A stretch of 64,000 nt of DNA from a virus, in IMG/VR virus record IMGVR_UViG_3300034062_004313, positions 91,875 through 155,874 of that record. One strand, 5' to 3'. Positions 34,456 through 45,700 of the stretch are shown here, piece after piece (within the stretch, counting starts at the first letter, position 1; each line of letters begins with the position of its first letter). A program made the translations under genes and the position numbers. The notes under the pieces are model-generated. The model was not told the origin of the DNA. It saw only the letters and a list, made by a program, of their open reading frames with translations, and did not search any database.

Positions 34456-37245
34456 ATGACTGCATCATATTTACAGAATAACGACTATACAGCAATACAA
34501 ATGAGGAGACCATATGTTCTCCAAAATAATGATGTTGCTCAAACTGTAGCAACAATGAAGGGTGCTTGGGATGATGGTGCAAGAAGAGTAAAAGCTCAAT
34601 ATGAAAATGTTGCAGGATTACAATTAATAACAGATGAAAATAAAAAGGTGACATCTGAATTTTTAAAGTCTTCAAGAGAGCAATTAAAAAAATTATCAAC
34701 TCAAGATTTAGGAGATAGAAGTGTTCAAAATAATGGTATATCTATGATAAATCAATTTTTTGACCCTAATAATGGAAACTATCAAAATGTATTACAAGAA
34801 TCAAATGTAGTAGGAATTTTAAATTCAGAAGATAGTAAAGCGGAGTCTTTTAGAACAAAGGATAATGGAATTGGATATAATATAAAATCTCATGAAAATA
34901 TAAAATATCAAAAGTCAATATTATCAAAATTAAATAATAGTACAGCTTGGAAATCCGTAGCAAATGAGCTACAGTCTTATGTCCCTTATACGGATATTTC
35001 AAAAGAAATGATTCAAATAAAAAAAGCTGTAACAGAAAGAATAAAACAAGAATCATCTTTAGAAGGAGGAGATTGGTATATAAAAACTATAACAAGAGAA
35101 GGTATACCAGAACATGTCTTAAAAAATGCAATAGAAGAAATGGGTTCTCCAGCTTTAAAAGCTCAATTAAGAGAAGAAGGAAGAAATACATTCTATAAAA
35201 AATTACTTTCTGACCATAATTCAGTTGATAATTATTATAGTCAATTAGGTAACTCTTTTTTTGACCAACAAGTTTCTGATATATCTGTTCAAAAAGCATT
35301 AGCTGAAAGAGAATTAGCACTACTAGATAAAACAGACCCCAATTATAAAAATGCTTCCGATTACTACAATCAAACAATAAGTACAATAGACCAAACTAAA
35401 ACAAATGTAGAACTGCAAAGAGAAAAATATTTATCTACTCTTTCTGGACTTGGAAATATACAGAATGTATCATTATCCTTACAAAAATTGGACTTATTAA
35501 ATGAACAAATGGGTATAAATTCATTAGCTAAAAACTTAGCATATGAAAATATAACACAGAATGAATTAAGTTCCAATCCTGCTAAGATAGCATTTGAAAA
35601 CATGCAACAAGCAAGAATGAGACTTCAATTTGATATGACAAAGTTTGATGAAGAAAAAGAACAATTTAGAATGAAGTATGAGCAAGAAGAAAGAAAAATA
35701 GCTGCTGAAAATGAAACAGGTACTTCTGAAATGGGTTCTATATTTGGAGGAGGTGTTTATAACCAACCTGTTGCTTCTACTATGACTCCTAATGACTTGG
35801 AAAAAATAGGAAAGGAAGCAATAGATGGAGCATTCTCAAATCTTAATAATGATGCAGAATTAACAGCATCTTTCTTAACTTCTGTATTAGGAGATAATGG
35901 TTCATTCTATTCAATACTTCAAAATAATGTAAAGAATCAAGTTCCAATAAAAGAGTTATCTGGAGTTGAAGCAATGGGAATAACAGATAAACTGTCTGAA
36001 TTTGTAAAACATTATGTAGCAGACCAAGATTTAAAATTTGGAGTTTTAAATATTCCAAAAGGAACTGATAAAGAAAGAATAAAGGTGTTATTATCAAACT
36101 TTACACCTTCTCAAATAAATCAATTTCTACCACAAGTATTAGGAGCAAATAGAAATTATGTAACAAAGGCTGTAAAATCTTTTGCTGGAGAAGCAGCATC
36201 TGTAGAATTTCGTTCTATATTAGATGATGCTGATATGAAAAGAGAAAACTTTAATACTACACTTCTTCCAGAATTAAAAAGAAATCTTGGAGCATATGGA
36301 AAATATATAGATGGATATTCAGAAAAGGATATAAGAAATGCTTGGGAAAAAATGCCTGAAAGTGAAAAGGTTGTATATGAAAAATCAGAAGTTTCTTCTA
36401 GCGGTACTGGTAATTTTTGGAATAGAGAAGAATCAAATGTTAAAAGTATTCAAATAACAAAAGAAGAATATGAAAAAAATAAAGATAATGTTAAATTTGG
36501 AATAGGTTCAACTATACTATATTCAGCAAGAGTTATAAATTTTAATAATTTTAAAGATGTTGTATCACCTATAATAAATAGAACCATTGGAGAAAAGGTA
36601 GTAAATAATTATGGAAAGCAACAAACAATAACATATACTGGAAAGCAAATAACCAATAATCAACATACTAGAGACTTTGAAGAGTTAAAAACTCAATTGA
36701 AAATAGCAGGAGATGAAAATGGAGATATAAGAGAAATATTAGAAAAAGTTGGTTCAATGGATATGTATAGAGGTTTTAATATTAAGAGTACAAATGTAAA
36801 TAGTAAAACTGCTACAATAGATATAATTATTGAAGATAAACAAGAAAATTTAAAACCAAATGAAAAAGCTAAATTAAAAAATATACCAATAGCATCAGCT
36901 TCACTATCCCCTAAATGGAATACATCAGGAAGTAGTTTAGATACTAAAAAGACATACGGTTCAATATTAGCAGGTTCTACATCAATTTCTAAAACTATAA
37001 ATAATAAAGACTTTGCTTATATTAAAGTGATGAATAATGCTACAACAGCAGATATACAACCTTTAATTACTACTAATATACCTTTCATAAAAATAGCTGA
37101 CCAAGTAGTGCAGGTAAAGGATTTATTAGAAAATGTAGCTACTAAGTATGGATTTTCATCATTTTCAGATATGTTAATAAAAGACCCTACTAAAGCACAA
37201 AGAGAAATAAGTGTAATAATGAATTACTACGAAAACAAAAATTAA
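34456..37245 (+). CDS. Large virion cargo protein
   Basis: 929 aa, helical, precedes the giant genes. Confidence 0.55.
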   Translation: MTASYLQNNDYTAIQMRRPYVLQNNDVAQTVATMKGAWDDGARRVKAQYENVAGLQLITDENKKVTSEFLKSSREQLKKLSTQDLGDRSVQNNGISMINQFFDPNNGNYQNVLQESNVVGILNSEDSKAESFRTKDNGIGYNIKSHENIKYQKSILSKLNNSTAWKSVANELQSYVPYTDISKEMIQIKKAVTERIKQESSLEGGDWYIKTITREGIPEHVLKNAIEEMGSPALKAQLREEGRNTFYKKLLSDHNSVDNYYSQLGNSFFDQQVSDISVQKALAERELALLDKTDPNYKNASDYYNQTISTIDQTKTNVELQREKYLSTLSGLGNIQNVSLSLQKLDLLNEQMGINSLAKNLAYENITQNELSSNPAKIAFENMQQARMRLQFDMTKFDEEKEQFRMKYEQEERKIAAENETGTSEMGSIFGGGVYNQPVASTMTPNDLEKIGKEAIDGAFSNLNNDAELTASFLTSVLGDNGSFYSILQNNVKNQVPIKELSGVEAMGITDKLSEFVKHYVADQDLKFGVLNIPKGTDKERIKVLLSNFTPSQINQFLPQVLGANRNYVTKAVKSFAGEAASVEFRSILDDADMKRENFNTTLLPELKRNLGAYGKYIDGYSEKDIRNAWEKMPESEKVVYEKSEVSSSGTGNFWNREESNVKSIQITKEEYEKNKDNVKFGIGSTILYSARVINFNNFKDVVSPIINRTIGEKVVNNYGKQQTITYTGKQITNNQHTRDFEELKTQLKIAGDENGDIREILEKVGSMDMYRGFNIKSTNVNSKTATIDIIIEDKQENLKPNEKAKLKNIPIASASLSPKWNTSGSSLDTKKTYGSILAGSTSISKTINNKDFAYIKVMNNATTADIQPLITTNIPFIKIADQVVQVKDLLENVATKYGFSSFSDMLIKDPTKAQREISVIMNYYENKN

Positions 37246-40200
37246 TGCCAGATTTAATTAATCCTATATTTATACAGAATGAATTACCAAATCTTTCTTC
37301 AGGAGAACTTCCTTCTCTTGGAGAACTTTTTGTTCCTGAATTTAAATCAAATCAAACACCAGATAATTCAGCTTTTATAAAATCATTAAAGGATGATTTT
37401 TTATTTGACCCAAATTATAAAAAACCAGATAGTCTTGTTTTTGATTCTTTCTATGAGAAAGATGCATTAAGATATAAACAAAATGAAAGACTTTGGAAAG
37501 AAGTGGGATGGAATAAATACTTCCCTCAAGAAATTAATGATGCTATATATGATAATTTAGAAACAAAATGGGAATCTGTTTCTAATGTATTCCCTAAACT
37601 TTGGTATAATAGTAAATTTGCTTTTAAGAACTATTTTCAAAGCTATGCCGATGAAGTAGAAGCTTTAGCAACACTAAATAGTAATGCTTTAGCAGACCCT
37701 GAAAGATTTAAAGAAAATTTTGAAAAGAATAAATACTTAGAAGAACTATACCCAAACTATCAGAGCGATGTACCAACTAATGCATTTAATATTTTTAGAG
37801 GGGAATGGTGGGAAGAGATGACTCCTTCTGTTGGTTTTACATTAGGTACTATGGCAGCAGCAATAGGAGAGAGTGCTGCATTAGCTGCTATTACTGCTGA
37901 AGTAGGAGGAATAGGTGCTATTGCAAAAGCTCCGCATACATTAAGAAAAACATATAAGGCAATATCTAATTACTTCTCTTATAAAAAAGCTTGGAATGCT
38001 TTAAAAGCTATAAAAGGAGCAGATGCTGTTGGTAAAGCTAAGAATATAGGAAGTGCTGCTATCCATACATGGAGGCTTGCAAATACAGGGTTATCAGAAG
38101 CTATGATGGAAGGTGGTAACAATAAATACGACTTTTTAGAAACTTACGTTAATGATTTTGTTACAAAGAATGGGTATATGCCATCAGATGAACAAATGAA
38201 AGAAGCGACTAAAACTGCTAACTCAATTGCAAAATCTACAATTGCTTTTCAAGCTCCATTCTTAATATTATCAAATGCTGTTATGCTTAAAAACATATTA
38301 GGTCCAGCAACATTTGAAAAATTATTCGAAAAAAATATGATTAATCAAGGAATTCGTGCTGCTCAAAAAGCAATGGGATTTCCTGTAAGAGAATTAACAT
38401 TAGGTGTAGAAAAAGGATTAGCAAAGGTATTCGAACCAGCAAAGGAAAATCTTTTTAAAAGAATGATAAGAAGAGCTAGCGGCTCACTTTTAGAAGGATT
38501 TGAAGAATCATATCAAGGGCTTGTAAATACTGCTACAACAGATTATTATACAAATAAGTTCTTAAACTCTGGAGAAGAATCTATTCTATCATCAGTTGGA
38601 CAAGGTATTGATTATGCATTCTCAAATGAAGGTTTAAAAGAATTCATGGCAGGATTTGTAACAGGTGGAATATTTCAACATATTAAAACACCATTAGGAT
38701 ATGTTGTCCCAAAACCTAAACCAACAGAAAAAGAAGTTGAAAAAATTAAGATAAAAGAAGATGGAACCGAAGAAAAAATAAAAGAGAAAGTTTCTGATTA
38801 TGATTTTAAATGGTATCATAAATATCTTGGTTTTCACATGGATAAAATCAGTGATGAAAAGAAAAAGGAACAGCTACAAAAAATAGCTAAATCACTAAAT
38901 TTAGTAGGACTTGATAAAATATTTAACCAAGAAGGAATTTTAAACTATTTAAAATCAAAAGATACATCTTTCGGCATAGCGGCCTTTCTTGAAAAAGGTG
39001 ACATATTTAATGCTGAAAACTTACAAAATCTTGAATTAAATAGATATTTGTTTAGCGGATTAGCTACAGGAAAACTTGATTTACAAGTTGACAAAATAAA
39101 ACAATTATCAGAAGGAGATTTTGAAGGAGTAAAACAAATACTTGAACTTAATGATGCTGATTTTACTACAGAAGAAGATAAGTCAAATTTCATGGCTAAC
39201 TTAAAAACATTTGGTAATCTTATAGAATCCAAATCTAAAGAGATGGAAGCTATATATGAAGAACAAATGTCTTTCTATAATAAAGAAATGTATGATGCTC
39301 AAACATTATACAAAAAAGCTGTAAATGATTATAATATAGGAATTACAGCTTTAAAAGCAAAGTATGGAGAAAATTTAGATGCTGGACTAAAAGAAGTGGA
39401 AACTAATATAATGCTTGAACTTCAAGACTTATATGAACAAGCTAAAGAGATTGATGAACAAATTAAAAATCTAAGATTTGATAGAGGGTTTGATGAATTA
39501 TCAGATAAAGAAAAAATACAAGATAGTAAATTAAGATATGAACTATCACAAGTTTCTAATAAAACAAAAGAAGTATTAGATAGAAAAGAAGGGATTGATA
39601 AAGAAATAACAAATATTAATAACTTATCAAGTGAAGTTTTAAGTAGAAAAATCAATTACTTAGCGTATAATGATGTATTTCAACAGAGTGTACTTGCTCA
39701 GATTGGAATGGGAGATGCTGCTAAGAAAGCAAGAAGAATAATTTCTAAATTGAATAGTATTGATAATTCAATAAACTATTTAATATTAGAAGAGTTGTTC
39801 ACAATACCAACAAGAGAAGGTATTATAAAAGCAATTGATAAAAAGATAAAGGAAGTAGAAAAGAGAATAGAATTAAATGAAAGAATTACTAATGATGAAG
39901 AGCCTTTATTTATTTCTTTAGAAGAACAAATAGTATGGTTAAAGTCTCAAAAAGAAACTCTTGAAAAATTAAAAGAAGAATTAGAAAAACAATTTTCTAA
40001 AGAAGTAGTAAAAGATATTGATAAAACGGTAGACTTAATAGCTGATTATTTATTTGCTGCATCTGACCCTAGAAAATTATATAGAGGAAAGGGTAATAGA
40101 ATAAATAAAGAAGTGTTAAAAGAATATGTAAAAGCGCAACTTCAAAATCAAGAAAATTTAAATTTGTTAAATACATTAGCAAATTATAATAATTTTGAAA

Positions 40201-42746
40201 CAAGAGTGGATTATTTAAGTCAAAGTCTTGCTGATTTTCTTGGCGATATTGCTGATAAAGTGGAAATGGAAATGGATAAAAAGAGTGTAGATGCAAGTGA
40301 AGTTCAAACACCTGTAGTTCTTCCACCAGAAGACAAAAAAGACCCACCAGAAAAGAAACCACCTATAAAAACAGAAGAAGATAAAGATAAAAAGATTGAA
40401 GAATTAAGAAAAGAGTTAGCTCAGGTTCTTTCTGATATTAAACAAAACGAAATAGTAAATCAAATAAATGAAATAGTAAATAGTATAGAAAGTGATGAAT
40501 CTTTATCAGAAGAAGAAAAGGATGATAATATAAGTGATTTAGAATCAAAACTTCAGGAAGCATTAAAACAAATAGATGATTCAGTACAAAATTTAGATAT
40601 AACACAACTTACTAATTTATATACAGAATATAATGATTTATTTTCTGGAACAGAACAATATAAAGAAGAGCTTGAAAAAGCTGCTGCTATATTAAAACAA
40701 ATAGAAGAGTTAACAAAAGCTCCTGTAGGAGATACATTAGGATTTGATTCACTTGGAAGTATAGGTAATCAAGGTTTTCTAATAATGGAAAAAGAATTAC
40801 TAACAAATGGTAAATTCACTATAAATAATGTTTCAAAAGCTACACCTGAACAAAGAACAAAAATATCCGAAAATATAAAATTATTCCAAGATAAATATCC
40901 AGATAAACCTTTGCAGATAACAGAAGATACTGAAACTATATCTATTCAAGTAAAGAAGATAGAACCAGAAATTACAGATGAAATAGAGAAACTTGTAATT
41001 ACAGATGAAAATTATAATAATTGGAGCAATGTAAGAGATAAATCTGATTATGATGCTTTTGTAGACCAAGTTCGTTCTACATTAAAAATGTTTGAGCAAA
41101 TTCCTGACCCATCTTTAATAACAGAACAATCTGTAAGAGAAATGTTATCAGGGATTAAAGCTTTTAATAACATTGAAATATTAGATAAAGTAGTACCATT
41201 AATTGTAAAAAAATATTATAAAGAACCAGAAAAAGAAATTTCTCCAGAAATACAAGCTGCTGTAAAAGAAGCTTTTGATATAGCTAAAGTTGCCCAAGAA
41301 GAAGGAATAACATATGAAGAAGAATTAAAGAAAAGAGAAATATTTCAGAATGATAATAAGATTGATGAGATAGTAGATGACGCTAAAATGACAGGAAGAG
41401 TAGCTTTACCATCTGCAAAACCAAAAGAAATAAAGAACTCTAAAAGGTTAGATACAGATAAACCTTATCAGAGAGCAATGTTTTATTTTAAACAAAAACT
41501 TTCTGATGGAGAATATGGTAGAGATTACTTTAAACTTGTTTTATATACAGAAAAGGGACAATTAAAAGGAAAGGTTGTTAATAAAAAGGGTGATATATTA
41601 ACCTTTAATGAAAATGGAGAAATTGATGGTTCTGGTGTAGAGTTGATATTTATGTTTGATACTATTTCATATAATGAAAAGAGTTTAAACTTACCAAGAG
41701 CAGTTGCAGCAGGAGCCAAAATAGACCCATTAAAATTAGCAGGACAAGGGTTTACGTTACATCCTTCTTATACAGGATTATCAAATGTAGACCAAAGACT
41801 TATTTCATTTGTTGAAAACTCTACCACTCCAGTTTTAGCAAGTATAGAAATGATAACTCAAGGACAACTTCCAAGACCGGGAGTTGATAATGACCCTATG
41901 AGCACTACTGCTAAAGATGGAAAAAGGGTTACATTATTAGAATTAGAAAAAGATGGTTTATTTGAAGGTGTTATTGAAATTCCAAAACAAAATACGTCTA
42001 TAAGAAATACATTTATTAAATCTGGTAGACCAAATGTAAGATTAAAAAGAGATAAGAACTCTGATAAAGGAACTGAAAGAGTAGAAGTGAAAGCTACTAA
42101 ATTAAAGGATTTAAATGGTTTTGAACAAGTTAAAGATGCTAAAAAGATAATAAAGGATATTCTATCCAAAGCTTTAAAGGGTACTCTTCCATTAGAATAT
42201 AAAGAGTTTCTTTTAATGATAATTAATAGAAGAAAGTACACTATAATTCCTTTAGCCAATACATTATTATTAGTAGATGGTAAAAAGTTTTCAGAATATT
42301 ATAAAGATGTGGCAACTGCTCAGGATATTCTAACTGCTGAAGAAATAGAAGAAGCTCTTTATAACTTAACTTCTATAGATGAACTATTAGAATCAGATTT
42401 AAATATTGATAGCTTAATAGAAGATGAAACATTTGATTGGGAAAATCATGCATCAAACTTTCCTAAAGAAGTGGCTTCACTCATAGAAAATTATCCTATC
42501 TTTGTAAAGAGTAATTTAACAACTTCTGTAACATCTGTTAAAATAGGAGATAAAATAGAAGGTGTGAATAGAGTGAATAAAAGAATAATAATAACTATGG
42601 ACAAATCTTTTTCAGAATTAAATAATGAATTTATAAAACAAGAACCTGTATCTAAACCAGATATATCAGGTTCAGAATGGAATGATATAAATCTGACAAG
42701 TGAAGAAGAAAATAATATAATAGACAACTTAAATATTGAATGTTAA
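37245..42746 (+). CDS. Giant virion protein with hydrophobic G/A-rich segments (putative ejection channel)
   Basis: 1833 aa; TM-like segments and EGFEE..Q motif. Confidence 0.6.
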   Translation: MPDLINPIFIQNELPNLSSGELPSLGELFVPEFKSNQTPDNSAFIKSLKDDFLFDPNYKKPDSLVFDSFYEKDALRYKQNERLWKEVGWNKYFPQEINDAIYDNLETKWESVSNVFPKLWYNSKFAFKNYFQSYADEVEALATLNSNALADPERFKENFEKNKYLEELYPNYQSDVPTNAFNIFRGEWWEEMTPSVGFTLGTMAAAIGESAALAAITAEVGGIGAIAKAPHTLRKTYKAISNYFSYKKAWNALKAIKGADAVGKAKNIGSAAIHTWRLANTGLSEAMMEGGNNKYDFLETYVNDFVTKNGYMPSDEQMKEATKTANSIAKSTIAFQAPFLILSNAVMLKNILGPATFEKLFEKNMINQGIRAAQKAMGFPVRELTLGVEKGLAKVFEPAKENLFKRMIRRASGSLLEGFEESYQGLVNTATTDYYTNKFLNSGEESILSSVGQGIDYAFSNEGLKEFMAGFVTGGIFQHIKTPLGYVVPKPKPTEKEVEKIKIKEDGTEEKIKEKVSDYDFKWYHKYLGFHMDKISDEKKKEQLQKIAKSLNLVGLDKIFNQEGILNYLKSKDTSFGIAAFLEKGDIFNAENLQNLELNRYLFSGLATGKLDLQVDKIKQLSEGDFEGVKQILELNDADFTTEEDKSNFMANLKTFGNLIESKSKEMEAIYEEQMSFYNKEMYDAQTLYKKAVNDYNIGITALKAKYGENLDAGLKEVETNIMLELQDLYEQAKEIDEQIKNLRFDRGFDELSDKEKIQDSKLRYELSQVSNKTKEVLDRKEGIDKEITNINNLSSEVLSRKINYLAYNDVFQQSVLAQIGMGDAAKKARRIISKLNSIDNSINYLILEELFTIPTREGIIKAIDKKIKEVEKRIELNERITNDEEPLFISLEEQIVWLKSQKETLEKLKEELEKQFSKEVVKDIDKTVDLIADYLFAASDPRKLYRGKGNRINKEVLKEYVKAQLQNQENLNLLNTLANYNNFETRVDYLSQSLADFLGDIADKVEMEMDKKSVDASEVQTPVVLPPEDKKDPPEKKPPIKTEEDKDKKIEELRKELAQVLSDIKQNEIVNQINEIVNSIESDESLSEEEKDDNISDLESKLQEALKQIDDSVQNLDITQLTNLYTEYNDLFSGTEQYKEELEKAAAILKQIEELTKAPVGDTLGFDSLGSIGNQGFLIMEKELLTNGKFTINNVSKATPEQRTKISENIKLFQDKYPDKPLQITEDTETISIQVKKIEPEITDEIEKLVITDENYNNWSNVRDKSDYDAFVDQVRSTLKMFEQIPDPSLITEQSVREMLSGIKAFNNIEILDKVVPLIVKKYYKEPEKEISPEIQAAVKEAFDIAKVAQEEGITYEEELKKREIFQNDNKIDEIVDDAKMTGRVALPSAKPKEIKNSKRLDTDKPYQRAMFYFKQKLSDGEYGRDYFKLVLYTEKGQLKGKVVNKKGDILTFNENGEIDGSGVELIFMFDTISYNEKSLNLPRAVAAGAKIDPLKLAGQGFTLHPSYTGLSNVDQRLISFVENSTTPVLASIEMITQGQLPRPGVDNDPMSTTAKDGKRVTLLELEKDGLFEGVIEIPKQNTSIRNTFIKSGRPNVRLKRDKNSDKGTERVEVKATKLKDLNGFEQVKDAKKIIKDILSKALKGTLPLEYKEFLLMIINRRKYTIIPLANTLLLVDGKKFSEYYKDVATAQDILTAEEIEEALYNLTSIDELLESDLNIDSLIEDETFDWENHASNFPKEVASLIENYPIFVKSNLTTSVTSVKIGDKIEGVNRVNKRIIITMDKSFSELNNEFIKQEPVSKPDISGSEWNDINLTSEEENNIIDNLNIEC

Positions 42747-45700
42747 TGATTTGTTTAAATGAACAACATATAAAAGCAGCTATAGGTGCTACAAAGAATA
42801 TAATAAAAGAGAATACAGGGATATCATTCCCTGAATTAGCTAAGAAATTATATAATAGATTCTACCAACCTCTTATTGAAAAAAATGATAGGGAAAAGGT
42901 AGAAAACTTTTCTATTGAAATAGTAAAATACATAGCTAAAGAAATGCATTCTAGAATTGATGAATTTGAACAAGAGAATCAATTAATAGATGCATATTCT
43001 AAAGTTCAAGATGCTTTGAATGAAGAACAAAAACAAGTTCTTAAAGAGCAAGTTGTTAATAAAATAAAACTTAATCCACAAGATATGCTTAATCTACAAC
43101 GAGATGAAGCTATTAGAGAACTTGTTGGATTAAATAGAAGAAAAGAAATTAAAAGACCTATTATAAAAGACACAAGTGTAAAAATTCAGAATGCACTATT
43201 AAAAATAAAGAATCTATTTCCTCAATCTGTAAACCTTTATACATTCTATGCAAAAGCAATAGAATCTACAATCAAAGGTATTCCTGATAAAGAAACGGGT
43301 ACACTAATAAAACTATCAGGCCAACAGTCTGTAGATAGAGGAGAATATTTTGATATTGAGCCTTTATTTAGAGCTTCACAAATTGCAACAGGTCATCAAC
43401 CAAAAGATTATACAGAGCCATATAATTTAACAGAATCAACCGAATATGGTAATATTGTTGATAACACCATAAGATTCTTTATTAAAAATAAAGATAAATC
43501 ATATGCACAATTAAAAAAACAATTACAGAATGACCCGGATTTTAGGCTTTCATTCTCTCAATATATGACTTTACAAAGGTCAAATAGTCCAGAAGTTAGA
43601 GAAAGAAAAATATTTGAAGACTATCTTGATTCTTTTTTAGATGACATGATATATGTAATAAATCAAATTGAAGAAACATATAAAGATTATTACTTAACCG
43701 ATTTAACTGAGCTTGGCAGTGATTCAAAAAACTTTAGAATATATGATATTTCTTTAAATGCAATTGGTGCTCTTGACTTAGTAGCAATAAAAGAAGATGG
43801 GTCATATAGAGTTATAGATATAAAAACTGCCTATGATAAAATTTCCTTAAAAAAGAAGGAAGATTATAATACACAGATTTCTATATATAATTTAATATTA
43901 TCAAATATTGAAGGACTCACTCCTGAGAATAAATCCGATATCTTCTATATCCAAAAAGATATATATGTAACCGATAGGTCAGATACAGATAAATTTGGCA
44001 AATTTGTCAAGAGCGTATTAAAATCTACAGAAGTTGTTTCTTTAGATAGTAAAACAAAAGAAGAAGTATTAGAAAAGATAGTTAAGTATAAAGAAGAATT
44101 TTATAAATCTTATAACCCAAAGACTGACTTAAAATTTATTGAAGAAGATAATTTGGATGAAAAGAAAGCAAAATCAAAAAAGTCAAATCTTTCTGTTACA
44201 AGTAGAATAAGATATAAAAACAATTTCCGTAAATTTGAAGAAGAAAAGAATAAAAAACCACTCCTATCTAAAATAGTTAAAAATGAAAAAATGTCAACTA
44301 CAACGTCCTTAAAAGAAGGAGTTAAGTGGTTGAAAAATACTTTTCCAGAAATATCAGAACAAGGAGTACATGTTGTAAAAACTTTACTATCTGATACAGG
44401 AGGTCAATTCTTTTTAGATGCTATATATTTAGCAGAAAAATCAAATGAAGGAGTAGCTTATCATGAAGGATGGCATAGATTTACACAATTATATTTAAAA
44501 AAGGATGAAAAAGTAACACTTTATAATAAGACAAAAGAACGAGCTATTGATTTTATTAGTAGAGAAGGAGTAAAATTGAATACTTCCACTGCTACATTTA
44601 TGGAAATAGAAGAATTCTTAGCAGATGAATTTACAAAATATGCTAACAATCCTTCCGAATATAAATTTGATAAGTTAGGAGAAGAACCTAAATCAATATT
44701 CCAAAAAATATGGGAGTTTGTACTTTCTCTTTTTAACTTTAAAAAGAATAATGGGGAAAACAGTTATCAAAAATTATTTAATAACCTTTATTTTGGAACT
44801 TTCTATAGAGGAAATTTTAGTATGAATAATGCTATGTTCTCTTCATTAAGAAGTGTGTTAAAAGATAATACAGGAAATACATTAATAGATAATACAACAT
44901 TTATAAGATTTAGAAATTACTTAGATAATGCTATTCAGAATCATGCTATGGATAATAGCTATTTAATTAATGATAGATTGATTAAAAGTGTAACATCATT
45001 TAAAGATATTATAAGTCTTATACAAGAGAGCTTAGTTAATTTAAAAGATTCTTATTTACAAATGGAAGAAGATGGTGTAATAACACCATTCCAAAAAACG
45101 CAACTTGAAAATTTACAAAAGATATTAGAACCTAAAAATATAAATAAATTTGTTGCAAGCTATTTAAAATTTACAGGATTTAAATCTATAAAAAACTTTT
45201 ATGAAAAAAATATAAATCTTGTAAATAAAGAAAAAGAAGAGAGTGAAAATTCAAATATTGAAAAAGAAGAGAGTGAAGGGACAGATATACCTAATTCAAG
45301 ATTAGAAGAAGGTCCAGAAATAGAATTTGATAGAAGTGGGGAAACAGATGCATTTGCTTTAGCAAGAGCAGAATTAAAAGATTGGTTTAATTCTGTATCA
45401 AAATTAAATGTGGATAAACAAGGAGTTTATATTATACCTGAAATAGATGGTGTAAAGAAAGCATATGATGAATTTTACGAAGTTGATGATTTTGGATTTG
45501 TTAAAACCTTAGAAGGAAAGAAAGCGTTTTATAAAACCTTAGAGATTTTATCAGGTTCTCCTTCTATATCAATATTAAAACAAAAACTAACAAATCCTGA
45601 TAATTATTATCTGTTTCCAGAACTTCAAATAATAAAAGATAGACTTTTAGGTGCTAAATATGATGTAGATGGAACTATTTATGAAGTGGAAGGACTTATC